NCBI GenBank assembly: GCA_964442035.1
Contig: CAYTWZ010000002.1
Span: 2,211 to 31,173 of the forward strand
DNA length: 28,963 bases
Origin: an uncultured Oscillospiraceae bacterium
GTDB taxonomy: Bacteria; Bacillota; Clostridia; UMGS1883
Direction of reading: 5' to 3'
A model generated the notes under the pieces. That model was not told the DNA's origin. It saw nothing but the letters and a program-made list of their open reading frames with translations, and ran no database searches. Below, one piece after another: positions 7,035 through 16,700 of the stretch. Position numbers and translations under genes: made by a program. Within the stretch, counting starts at the first letter, position 1. Each line of letters starts with the position of its first letter.

Positions 7035-7666
7035 GGCAGTTCCTTTCTGATGTGGCCATATATGGAGGCCAGAGCATTGTTAAGTAAAATATATCGAGCC
7101 ATGGCTAAAGGAGCATATCCGTCTCTTAGCCCTTCCCGGTCATAATATTCCGACGCCGCGGAAATGATTTCCTCCGGTTCATCCCAGCCCAAAGCCCACA
7201 AAAGCCTTTCGGCCTCAGAGGATATAAGCAAATTTGCGTCTTCCCGGCCGTCGGGGGGCGTTCCGTGGAGCTCAAGCATTTTTTTCAGCCTGTTATAAAT
7301 ATATATGTGCCTGAATTTCGGGTCAGACATCTCCGGCATAGGTAGCTCAGGCAGCTCCGCAGCAGGGCTCAGAGCTTCGGACAAAAAGCCCGTATCAGAG
7401 AAAAAGCTTACAAAGCCCTTCCCCGTATTTGCCGGGCGCAGACCCCCACGGGGCTCTATTGCTGTTACAAGATTCGCAGCGATTACCTCCGCACTCACAG
7501 ACAACTCCTTCGCAAGTACAAAGGCCGCCGTGACGGAAAAAGCCCCGTTGCTCCTATCCTTGGGACGTATTACGGAAAATTCGGGACAAAAGCCGTACAG
7601 CCTGAACGCGGCTTCCTCCGTGATGGAGCAGACCAGCCCCTTGCGGTTCTCTAAGGCCGCTTTCAC
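7031..7666 (-). CDS. ArgRS-derived protein with an Arg_tRNA_synt_N-like domain plus a DALR-like C-terminus and no catalytic core
   Basis: RPKDRSNGAFSVTAAFVLAK and TGKGFVSFF parallel the ArgRS N-terminal motifs (PKD..HGDY.....A..LA and GPGFINF). The C-terminal helices resemble the end of the DALR domain. No HIGH or KMSK motifs are present. The GTG start overlaps the DUF1934 stop as GTGA. Confidence 0.55.
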   Translation of the reverse strand: MKAALENRKGLVCSITEEAAFRLYGFCPEFSVIRPKDRSNGAFSVTAAFVLAKELSVSAEVIAANLVTAIEPRGGLRPANTGKGFVSFFSDTGFLSEALSPAAELPELPMPEMSDPKFRHIYIYNRLKKMLELHGTPPDGREDANLLISSEAERLLWALGWDEPEEIISAASEYYDREGLRDGYAPLAMARYILLNNALASIYGHIRKELP

Positions 7667-8079
7667 GGGCGCACCTTTACACTCAGCAAATTGTGACTGT
7701 GAGAAATATTGTTGATGGAAAGATTGTAGTCTATATCCAGTTTTCCGCCGTCCTCATCCATGTTTACGGAAACGTCGTTGGCGGTTACGCTTACGGTGAG
7801 GTTGCCGAAAGGTGTTTCGTAGCAGCTTATGTGACACTGTCCCTTTTCAAAAACCATCCTCGTGTTTGCCTCACCGCTGCGGAGCATTGTTATTACTCCG
7901 TCAGGGGAAATCTTGAGGGTGGTGCTGCATTTTTCCCGGCCTATAAGCTCACCCTCAGGATAGTTGATGTAATATTTGCCGGACTTCTTATAAAAGTGTC
8001 CTTCTGTGCAGTAATTCATTTTGTCGGTGTCACCGCCGGCAGTGACATGTCCGTTGATCTCTACATATACCTGTTTCAT
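7663..8079 (-). CDS. DUF1934 (YwiB-like) beta-barrel protein
   Basis: Its length and sequence pattern resemble YwiB-family proteins, which usually sit next to argS in Firmicutes. ATG 8079 has GAGGT 7 nt upstream. I prefer it to the longer ORF-track start at 8136, which would overlap murI. Confidence 0.7.
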   Translation of the reverse strand: MKQVYVEINGHVTAGGDTDKMNYCTEGHFYKKSGKYYINYPEGELIGREKCSTTLKISPDGVITMLRSGEANTRMVFEKGQCHISCYETPFGNLTVSVTANDVSVNMDEDGGKLDIDYNLSINNISHSHNLLSVKVRP

Positions 8080-8104
8080 TTGTTTAACCTCGCAAGTGTA
8101 TCCT

Positions 8105-8902
8105 TTAAAGTACGGTTCTGTGGACGCTGAGCTCAATTTCCCTGCCCAGAAACATCCCTCCCAGCTTTACAAAGCTTTCGGTGCTGTCAGAAACATAGAA
8201 CTCGTAGTGTCCCTTCTTATTTCCTTCGTTGAGCATGTTTTCTTCACTGAGTATCTTTTTGGTGTAGCAGGCTGCTTCACGGCCTGAGGATATGAGCTTT
8301 ACGTCTTCTCCCATTATATCACCGATCACCTTTTCAAGCAAGGGGTAATGTGTACATCCCAAGATAAGCGTATCCACGTTTTCCTTTTTAAGGGGAGTAA
8401 GGTAATCTCTGGCCACTATACGAGCCACCTCACTGTCAGCGTAGCCATTTTCCACAATGGGTACAAACATGGGGCATGCCGCGCTGAACACATGTACATC
8501 CGGCTCAAGCTGGCGGATTATCTGGGCATATTTATCGCTTTGGATAGTACCGGCAGTGCCGATTACACCGATATGGCCGTTTCTTGAACGCTTGATCGCC
8601 GCCCGGCAGGCGGGCTCAAGCACGCCGATGATCCTTACCCCCATGTCTCCAAGGTAGGGGAGGGCAACGCTGCTGGCAGTGCCGCAGGCGGCAAGTATAA
8701 TCTTGATGTTGTATTTAAGCAAAAAATTTACATCGTCCTTTGTGTAGCGTATAAGTGTTTCCCGGCTCCTGTTGCCATAGGGGACACGTCCCGTGTCTCC
8801 GAAGTATATTATATCCTCGCCGGGCAAAACGCTTATTAGCTGCTTGACAGAGGTCAGTCCGCCTAACCCGCTGTCAAAAACCCCGATAGGGCGATTGTCC
8901 AT
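8105..8902 (-). CDS. murI: Glutamate racemase
   Basis: Motifs are PIGVFDSGLGGLT, ACGTAS and LGCTHYP with both catalytic Cys residues. ATG 8902 has GGAGGA 6 nt upstream. Confidence 0.92.
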   Translation of the reverse strand: MDNRPIGVFDSGLGGLTSVKQLISVLPGEDIIYFGDTGRVPYGNRSRETLIRYTKDDVNFLLKYNIKIILAACGTASSVALPYLGDMGVRIIGVLEPACRAAIKRSRNGHIGVIGTAGTIQSDKYAQIIRQLEPDVHVFSAACPMFVPIVENGYADSEVARIVARDYLTPLKKENVDTLILGCTHYPLLEKVIGDIMGEDVKLISSGREAACYTKKILSEENMLNEGNKKGHYEFYVSDSTESFVKLGGMFLGREIELSVHRTVL

Positions 8903-9051
8903 AGAAATTCCTCCATAATTAATGATAGTGGTATTATTGAATCTCCCGCTGAAATCCTGAGGAGTGAGCGTCCCCTGCGCAGGTTGCAATCGTTCGCAAG
9001 ATCCATTTCAAGCAAGCTTGATGGAGCGTTGTTCCGATTTAAACCGGCAGA

Positions 9052-9930
9052 TCAATTTAAAACCAGCATTTTGTCCCAGTGCCTTTGACTGTGATTGCGA
9101 AAAAACACCGCCATAGCGCCGTTGTCATATATTTCCAAAAAAGCACTGCGTATGGCGTTGCCACGGCCCGTTTCAAGGCTGGAAATATTAATCTGGGTCA
9201 GCATGTGGTTATCTGTGCCGCATATTTGACGACCCCAGTCCTTGCCCGCCCATACACTGTCGCCTATGTGAGCATGACCGTAAAAATGTGCCCTGACGTT
9301 ATTTTGGATAGGCAGGAAGTTGCCCATATACTCTGTGGCCCGATTCCCTCCTGGATAGGAATAATGTCCGGCGGTAATTACATCCGCCATGTTGTCGCGC
9401 TTTGCCGCAATAGCCTGAAAATCTTCATATGTATACGGGTAACCGACACCAAATGCCCTTCCGTGGCAAAAATGCCAGCTTCCGTCCTCCGCCGCACAGT
9501 CCGCCAAAAAAAGAACATCTATGCTGCCGATCTTGTCCCAAAAGTAAAAGTCACTTACACGCTTGGTGGTTTTCCAGCCGTCGGAGACATGCGAGACTAC
9601 CATTTCACGGAATGGGAGCACGGCATCGCCGTGCTCCGATATATAGTCCATGTCGTGATTGCCCGGACAGTAGCATACCGGAACCTTCATTCGGAGAAAT
9701 ACCTCCTCCTGCATCCTTGCCATCTGCCAAAGCTTCCCAAGGTCAGCCCCTTCCACACTGTCACCAAGATACCATGCCTTTTCACAGGTCAGGCCCAGTG
9801 AAGCGATATCCTCCGCCGCAGTGTACATACAGCGGCGGCTCCGGTCAGGGTCATGCTGCTGTAGGTCACTTAAAAGCCATACTCGGTGCAGAACATGTTT
9901 CTTTGATTTTTCAAGAAAATATTCAATCAT
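9052..9930 (-). CDS. Calcineurin-like metallophosphoesterase
   Basis: Motifs are LSDLQ, GDSVEG, GNHD, GHYS and GHAHIGD. The gene starts 21 nt after the gpmI stop, so it is probably co-transcribed. Confidence 0.75.
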   Translation of the reverse strand: MIEYFLEKSKKHVLHRVWLLSDLQQHDPDRSRRCMYTAAEDIASLGLTCEKAWYLGDSVEGADLGKLWQMARMQEEVFLRMKVPVCYCPGNHDMDYISEHGDAVLPFREMVVSHVSDGWKTTKRVSDFYFWDKIGSIDVLFLADCAAEDGSWHFCHGRAFGVGYPYTYEDFQAIAAKRDNMADVITAGHYSYPGGNRATEYMGNFLPIQNNVRAHFYGHAHIGDSVWAGKDWGRQICGTDNHMLTQINISSLETGRGNAIRSAFLEIYDNGAMAVFFRNHSQRHWDKMLVLN

Positions 9931-9951
9931 GCCGGGTATCCTTTCACAGAT

Positions 9952-11475
9952 TTATTTTACCAGACTTTCGCCGGTCATTTCCTTGGGCTGTTCTATGCCC
10001 ATAAGCTTGAGCATGGTGGGCGTGATGTCCGCAAGTCTGCCGCCCTCGCGGAGTGAACCGCAGTCCGCGCCTACAACGATGAAGGGAACAGGATTGGTAG
10101 TGTGGGCTGTGAAGGGAGCCTTGGTCACAGGGTCGATTAGCTGATCCGCGTTGCCGTGATCGGCAGTGATGCACACTATGCCGCTTTTTTTGAGTACAGC
10201 CTCAGTGACCTGACCAACGCAGTCGTCAACAGCCTCAACGGCCTTGATGGTTGCGGGGATTATTCCGGTATGGCCTACCATATCGCAGTTGGCGAAATTG
10301 AGAATGATAACATCAAACTTGTCAGCTTCGATTTCCTTTATGACTGCATCCTTGACCTCGTAGGCGCTCATTTCGGGCTTAAGATCAAAGGTCGGTACAT
10401 CTGGAGACTGGATAAGAATTCTTTCTTCCCCGGGGAACTGTTTTTCCTCGCCGCCGTTGAAGAAGAAGGTAACGTGGGCATACTTTTGGGTCTCGGCAAT
10501 TCTAAGCTGAGTAAGACCAAGCTTGCTTACATACTCGCCGAATGTCATTGTAAGGGCTTCGGGAGGATAGGCAACTGTTACGTTAGGCATGGAGGCATCA
10601 TACTGAGCCATGCACACAAAGTTGACGGGGAAGAATCCGCGCCTGCGCTCAAAACCGTCAAAATCCGGATCCACAAAGGCGCGGGTAATCTGACGTGCCC
10701 GGTCAGGACGGAAGTTGAAGCAGATAACGCTGTCACCTTCACTGATCATTCCGTCGCTGTCAACCACAGTGGGAAGCATAAACTCGTCGGTAACGCCATT
10801 TTTATAGGAGTTTTTGATGGCCTGTACAGGGTCATTCTCGCTGACGCCCTCACCAAGCACCATTGCATCGTATGCCTTGACTACACGATCCCAGGCTTTA
10901 TCACGATCCATAGCGTAGTAACGGCCTGCTACAGTGGCTACCCTGCCAATACCGATCTCAAACATTTTTTCAACCAGCTGTGCCATATAGCCCGCTCCAG
11001 AGGTCGGAGGTGTGTCACGTCCGTCCAGAAAAGCGTGTACATATACTTTTTTGACCCCAAGCTTTTTAGCCATGTCGATAAGACCGTAAAGGTGCTCGTT
11101 GTGACTGTGAACGCCTCCGTCAGAGAGAAGTCCGAACAGGTGAAGAGCCTTTCCGCTGTCGGCAGCGGCCTTCATGTTAGCCTTAAGGACACTGTTGTCC
11201 AGTATAGCGCCGTCCTTGATGTCCTTTGAAATTTTCACCAGCATCTGATATACAATACGTCCGGCGCCGATGTTGGTGTGTCCAACCTCACTGTTGCCCA
11301 TTTGTCCGTCGGGAAGGCCTACATCAAGGCCGCTGGCGGAAATTATGGTGTTGGGGCAGGTTGCCATATATCTGTCAAGGTTAGGCTTTTGTGCGGCCAT
11401 TACGCAGTTGCCCTCTTCATTGGGGTTGATGCCGTAGCCGTCCATTATAAGCAGAGCAATAGGTTTTTTAGGCAT
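9952..11475 (-). CDS. gpmI: 2,3-bisphosphoglycerate-independent phosphoglycerate mutase
   Basis: The full-length iPGM signature is present (LLIMDGYG, GNSEVGH, ADHGNAD). GGAGGT lies 7 nt upstream of the ATG. Confidence 0.95.
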   Translation of the reverse strand: MPKKPIALLIMDGYGINPNEEGNCVMAAQKPNLDRYMATCPNTIISASGLDVGLPDGQMGNSEVGHTNIGAGRIVYQMLVKISKDIKDGAILDNSVLKANMKAAADSGKALHLFGLLSDGGVHSHNEHLYGLIDMAKKLGVKKVYVHAFLDGRDTPPTSGAGYMAQLVEKMFEIGIGRVATVAGRYYAMDRDKAWDRVVKAYDAMVLGEGVSENDPVQAIKNSYKNGVTDEFMLPTVVDSDGMISEGDSVICFNFRPDRARQITRAFVDPDFDGFERRRGFFPVNFVCMAQYDASMPNVTVAYPPEALTMTFGEYVSKLGLTQLRIAETQKYAHVTFFFNGGEEKQFPGEERILIQSPDVPTFDLKPEMSAYEVKDAVIKEIEADKFDVIILNFANCDMVGHTGIIPATIKAVEAVDDCVGQVTEAVLKKSGIVCITADHGNADQLIDPVTKAPFTAHTTNPVPFIVVGADCGSLREGGRLADITPTMLKLMGIEQPKEMTGESLVK

Positions 11476-11511
11476 TGTTATTACCTCCGTATCAATAGTG
11501 TTAATAGAACC

Positions 11512-11543
11512 AAAGGGGCGCTAAACGCCCCTTTTATTATTTT
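11512..11543. terminator. GC-rich hairpin between tpiA and gpmI
   Basis: AAAGGGGCG (11512-11520) pairs with CGCCCCTTT (11526-11534). A T-rich tail follows only when read on the + strand. On the transcribed minus strand the tail is short. Confidence 0.4.
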
Positions 11544-11550
11544 GTGAAAT

Positions 11551-12303
11551 TTACTTTGCGGCTTCTGTGATCTGTGCAAAGTCAGCGGATTTGAGGGAGG
11601 CTCCGCCGATAAGTCCGCCGTCAATGTTGGGTTTTGCAAGCAGTTCGGCAGCGTTTTTGGCGTTCATGCTTCCGCCGTACTGGATGGTGATTTCGGCGGC
11701 TGTGGCCTGATCGTACAGTCCCTCAAGCACCTTGCGAATAGCGCCGCAGACCTCCTCAGCCTGATCGGCAGTAGCGGTCTTGCCTGTACCTATGGCCCAG
11801 ATAGGCTCATAGGCTACTACTACCTTCTTGGCATCATCAGCGCTTACACCGGAAAACGCCTTCTTGATCTGTATTGTGATAAGATCCATAGTGATACCGA
11901 CTTCTCTCTGGCCAAGGCTTTCACCTACGCAGAGAATGGGTATAAGGCCCTTTTCCAGCGCTTTCTTTACCTTCAGGTTGACGGTTTCGTCTGTCTCGGC
12001 AAAGTACTGGCGGCGCTCACTGTGGCCTATAATAACGTACTTGACGCCAAGGTCAATGAGCATGTCGGCGCTTACCTCGCCGGTATATGCGCCCTTGTCC
12101 TCAAAGTGGAGGTTTTCCGCGCCGATCTCTACGTGAGTGCCTTCCGCACCCTTAACTGCTTCGGCAAGGTTGACAAAGGGGGTGCAGCAAACAACTGTGC
12201 AGCTTGCGCCCTTGGTGGCCTCGGCCACTTCCTTGACATAAGCGCAGGTTTCGGAGGGAAGCTTGTTCATCTTCCAGTTTCCCGCAATTATATATTTACC
12301 CAT
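11551..12303 (-). CDS. tpiA: Triosephosphate isomerase
   Basis: Motifs are AGNWKMN, IIGHSERR, AYEPIWAIGTG and GGASL. Confidence 0.95.
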   Translation of the reverse strand: MGKYIIAGNWKMNKLPSETCAYVKEVAEATKGASCTVVCCTPFVNLAEAVKGAEGTHVEIGAENLHFEDKGAYTGEVSADMLIDLGVKYVIIGHSERRQYFAETDETVNLKVKKALEKGLIPILCVGESLGQREVGITMDLITIQIKKAFSGVSADDAKKVVVAYEPIWAIGTGKTATADQAEEVCGAIRKVLEGLYDQATAAEITIQYGGSMNAKNAAELLAKPNIDGGLIGGASLKSADFAQITEAAK

Positions 12304-12324
12304 CTGAATTACTCCTTTTGCTGA

Positions 12325-13518
12325 TTACTTGTCATTGAGCGCCGCAATACCGGGAAGGTCCTTGCCCTCAAGGTACTCAAGGCTTGCACCGCCGCCTGTG
12401 GAAATATGGGTCATCTTGTCGCCAAGACCGGCCTGGTTTACAGCCGCAACGCTGTCACCGCCGCCGATAACTGTGGTAGCGCCCTCAAGTGCGGCAAGCA
12501 CCTGAGCGATAGCGTTTGTACCCTTTGCGAAGTTGGGCATTTCAAACACGCCCATTGGTCCGTTCCATACTACTGTCTTGGCGTCCTTAAGAACCTCTGT
12601 GAACAGCTCAACGGACTTGGGTCCGATGTCAAGTCCCTGCCAGCCGGCCTCGATGCCACCCTGAGGAACGACCTTGCTTTCGGTGTCGTTATCAAAATCC
12701 CTGCCCACAACCGTATCAACGGGAAGCACCAGCTTGTCGCCGGCCTTTTCCATCATCTTCTTGGCGTAGTCAACAAAATCAGCTTCAAGCAGGGAGTCGC
12801 CGACTTCCTCACCCATAGCCTTCATGAAAGTGTATGCCATGCCGCCGCCGATAATGAGCTTATCAACCTTGTCAAGCAGGTTCTCAATGACAGAGATCTT
12901 GCTGGAAACCTTACTGCCGCCAAGGATAGCTACCAAGGGACGTACAGGTGCGTTAACAGCGTTGCCAAGGTATTGGATCTCCTTCTGAATCAGGTAACCG
13001 GCAACAGCGGGCTGAAGATATTCCGTAACGCCAACGTTGGAGCAGTGTGCTCTGTGCGCTGTACCGAAAGCGTCGTTTACAAACATATCGGCAAGAGAAG
13101 CAAGCTCCTTGCTGAAGGCTTCAACATTCTTTGTTTCCTCAGCTCTGTAGCGGGTGTTTTCAAGGAGTACAACGTCTCCGTCCTGCATTTCAGCAACGGC
13201 TTTCTTCGCGTTTTCGCCTACAACATTGGCGTCAGCGGCAAATACAACAGGCTTGCCAAGCTTTTCACTGAGGCGCTCCGCCACAGGAGCAAGGGAAAGC
13301 TCGGGCTTAGGCTCGCCCTTGGGCTTGCCCAGATGAGAGCAAAGAATTACCTTTGCGCCGTTATTAATAAGATACTGGATAGTGGGAAGGGCAGCTACGA
13401 TTCTTGTCTCGTCTGTGATAGTGCCTTCCTTAAGGGGTACGTTAAAATCGCAACGTACAAGAACCCTTTTGCCCTTTACCTCAACATCCTCGATGGTCTT
13501 TTTGTTTGTCATGCTCAT
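12325..13518 (-). CDS. pgk: Phosphoglycerate kinase
   Basis: Motifs are RVDFNVP-type [23 protein letters not shown] and [12 protein letters not shown] 13518 has GAGGTG 6 nt upstream. The ORF-track start is GTG 13527. Confidence 0.95.
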   Translation of the reverse strand: MSMTNKKTIEDVEVKGKRVLVRCDFNVPLKEGTITDETRIVAALPTIQYLINNGAKVILCSHLGKPKGEPKPELSLAPVAERLSEKLGKPVVFAADANVVGENAKKAVAEMQDGDVVLLENTRYRAEETKNVEAFSKELASLADMFVNDAFGTAHRAHCSNVGVTEYLQPAVAGYLIQKEIQYLGNAVNAPVRPLVAILGGSKVSSKISVIENLLDKVDKLIIGGGMAYTFMKAMGEEVGDSLLEADFVDYAKKMMEKAGDKLVLPVDTVVGRDFDNDTESKVVPQGGIEAGWQGLDIGPKSVELFTEVLKDAKTVVWNGPMGVFEMPNFAKGTNAIAQVLAALEGATTVIGGGDSVAAVNQAGLGDKMTHISTGGGASLEYLEGKDLPGIAALNDK

Positions 13519-13600
13519 TTGAATCACCTCATAATTTATTTTTAAAAAATAACCAACAAATGTTATGGAACAATTTCCCGTGTCCCACTGTCACATATAT

Positions 13601-13628
13601 ATTATACCATCTTTTTAAGGAAATGCAA
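13601..13628 (-). promoter_or_regulatory. Sigma-A promoter of the pgk operon
   Basis: On the minus strand: TTGCAT (13628-13623), a 16-nt spacer, and an extended -10 TGgTATAAT (TATAAT at 13606-13601). Confidence 0.55.
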
Positions 13629-13725
13629 GAAAAAAATATACAAATTTGCATTTAATTTACATAGCCTTTAATTCACTTTAATTTGCGTGATTTTTGACAT
13701 AGAATGTTCAGTTATACCATATGCG

Positions 13726-13765
13726 GCTAAGGGCAGCCGGCCGATTGCGGCCGACTGCCCTTAGC
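13726..13765 (-). terminator. Strong hairpin just after the stop of the large secreted protein gene
   Basis: GCTAAGGGCAGCCGGCC (13726-13742) pairs with GGCCGACTGCCCTTAGC (13749-13765), giving 16 bp with one mismatch. No U-tract follows. Confidence 0.45.
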
Positions 13766-13775
13766 AAGAGATCGG

Positions 13776-16700
13776 TTATTTGCTTACTGACGTCAATGCG
13801 CATGAGGATGAGCCTGAGTACGTGCCGCCGGTCACTATTCCGTATGGCTCTTTCCCCGTGAAAGCGCCACCTGTTACGCTCCCTCCGTAATTTAATGTGT
13901 ATGAGCCGCTTTTGATTTCAGGTGTTGATATAAATACCCATGCGTATGCTTTTGACGGTACATATGTCACAATTTCATCCCCGCTTGAATTTGTTAGCTT
14001 GAACGCCTTACCCGCTGATTGTGATGAAAAGCCGCCTGAACCGCCCCACATACCGCTGCCGGAGGAACTTGACGAAGTCACAACGTAATACTGCTTCGCG
14101 CTGTCGGGAGTTATCGCCATATCGGATGAACCTGCGCCAATTACAGTACCTCCTGTAATTGAAAGTGTGTCGCCGTTGTTATCGCCTATGTCAAACACGC
14201 CGTTCCCGCCGCTTGTGGGGCCGTTTACAAGAAGCGTACCGCCCGAAATTAGAGCGCTGCCGTTGCTGTCAAAGCCATCGCCCTCTGCTTCGATATAGAC
14301 CAGTCCGCCGGATATTTCAACATATCCGTATGTCGACGAATCCTCACCGCCCCAGTTGGGACCGCTGTTCCAGCCTTGATTGCCGCCGTTCCAGCCTTGA
14401 TTGCCGCCCGGCCCCGCTAAAAGCTCAACTGACAAAGCGGAAACGGTATCAATGTCATATGCGCTGTCTGTCGGCTTGTCGCCTGCCGCGTTTACACCGT
14501 CGTCAGAGGAAACGATTCTTGTTTCACCGCCTAAAACATATATATTTGCGGCTTCTATGCCTTCATAGCTCTTTGTAATATTTATATCGGCGTTATCGCT
14601 TATATAAAGATAGCTGTCGCCGTGTATCCCATCGTCGCCTGTGGCGGCGGTTATGCTTCCGCCGATTATGCGCACAGTATGGTTTGAATGAACGGCGTCA
14701 TCATAGGTGTTTATATTGAAAGTGCCGCCACTGATATAAACAAGGTTGCCGCCCTTTACGCCCTTACAGCTGCTCGCCGCCTCGGGATTGTTTGCCGAAA
14801 CGGTCTGGGGCGCACCGCCGTATGCGGTCAAATCAAATGTGCCGCCGGAAATATTTGTTATGTTCTCGCTTTGTATACAATCCTGCTGGGAATTTACAGT
14901 GATATTGCCGTCTGTAACAACAACATTTCCGGTCCCGCACTGTATTCCGTCCTCGCTACAGGTTATGTCAAGAGTTCCTCCGTTGATATCAATTTCACCC
15001 TCTACATAGGCGAGAACCGTTGCTCCGTCTGTGTCGTATATTACCTCATTTACTTGAATTCCCTCCAAGGCTTTGGTGATCGTTATATTTGCGCCGCTAC
15101 CTATTGTAATGTTTTTTACCGCTTTGATTCCGTCCTCACCGGCCGACGCGACAATTGTGCCGCCTGTGATCGCCACACAGCCATCGCCCTCGGCAGGCGT
15201 GCCACTTGTTAACGTCGTGTCCTCAAGGTATGCAATGCTCGAAGCATTAGCCTTGATAGCTTCACCCGCGGCGTTGATCGTTATGTCGCCGCCAGTGATC
15301 GTGAGAAGAGTATCAGCTTGTATGCCGTCCCCGTTTGATACAGTGCCGTCCGTGCCTGTTGTTGTTTTTGAGGTTATATTTATTGTGCCGCCGTTTATCG
15401 TAACAGAACCGCCGGAAACGTATTCATTTGTCAGCGCGTCAATTTCAGGATCCTGATCGGACTTGATTCCGTCTCCTCCGGAAACAACCGTTATCGAATT
15501 GTTTTTCTTTGTGATTTTTACGGATTGGTCACCCTTTATGCCGTTGTTTGCGGCAGTAACATTTAAATCGCAGACGCCAATTTCGATGTCGTTCTTACAG
15601 CGTATGCCGTTCCCGTAATCGGATATTGCGTTAAGCGTTCCCTCACCCTTTATTGTAAGGTCATTCTTGCTGTAAATTGCTGTTGTATCCCCGTCCGATG
15701 AAGCTGATCTGAATGTGCTTTCGTTTTCTGTGGGAACAAGTGTTACCGTTCCCTTTAAACCGTCAAACGCGTTCCCCGTTGTGCTTGTTACGCTTACACC
15801 GTCAAGATTGACGGTGATTAAATCTGTCTTTTCGGAGGAATTAACTATTATCTGTCCATCGTTTAATGTGCCCTCAACGGTATATTCTCCCGCCGCCGTA
15901 ATTGTAACGGCAGTTCCAGATACGGTTACATTTTCAATGCCATCGGCATTCACGCTGTCACCCATAAGATGTATTATTCCGTCACCCGCGGAAATTACGG
16001 GATCCTGTGGAGATTCCTCCTCAGTCGCTTTGGTGGTGACGGTAACAGTGATATCGCCTGTTATCTTGGTTATTCTGTATGTATTTTCCCCAAGCTCGGA
16101 GGGCAGCTTTAGATTTTTGTAATTTGTTGACGGGGTCACTTCAACAGATTCGATCTCGTAGCCCTCATCCGCGGTAATCTTAAAATTCACCTGTCCGTTG
16201 CCGGAGGTATCGATTTCGCCGGTGTCGCCGCTTCGCGCGTATGCCTCTGTAACAAACTGCTCATCGCCTGTAAACACCTGCGTGTCAGACACGGCTATTG
16301 ATGCGTGGGAATCGGTCTCAAATGTCGCTTTAAAGCCCTCCGCTGTCGTTGCCTTGGTGGTGACGGTAACAGTGATATCGCCTGTTATCTTGGTTATTCT
16401 GTATGTATTTTCCCCAAGCTCGGAGGGCAGCTTTAGATTTTTGTAATTTGTTGACGGGGTCACTTCAACAGATTCGATCTCGTAGCCCTCATCCGCGGTA
16501 ATCTTAAAATTCACCTGTCCGTTGCCGGAGGTATCGATTTCGCCGGTGTCGCCGCTTCGCGCGTATGCCTCTGTAACAAACTGCTCATCGCCTGTAAACA
16601 CCTGCGTGTCAGACACGGCTATTGATGCGTGGGAATCGGTTTCAAATGTTGCTTTAAAGCCCTCCACAGGAACAAACACATCACTTAGCGGCTCAAGGGT

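Noticed and set aside
10156-11229. A 357-aa ORF on the + strand. Similar long antisense ORFs occur at 12406-13545, 9079-9801, 20539-21264, 17847-18506, 26593-27180, 22556-23182, 7693-8130 and 14688-15212.
   Set aside because: Each lies entirely antisense to a gene with an unmistakable conserved product (gpmI, pgk, phosphoesterase, potD, potA, flotillin, nucleotidyltransferase, DUF1934, beta-helix protein). They have low-complexity or odd composition, no SD-like sequence at the start, and no recognisable motifs.
14300-14410. A short nucleotide repeat (GTTCCAGCCTTGATTGCCGCC x2) encoding GGNQGWN GGNQGWN.
   Set aside because: It is a simple low-complexity Gly/Asn linker duplication inside the beta-helix protein. 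It is not a CRISPR or regulatory repeat.
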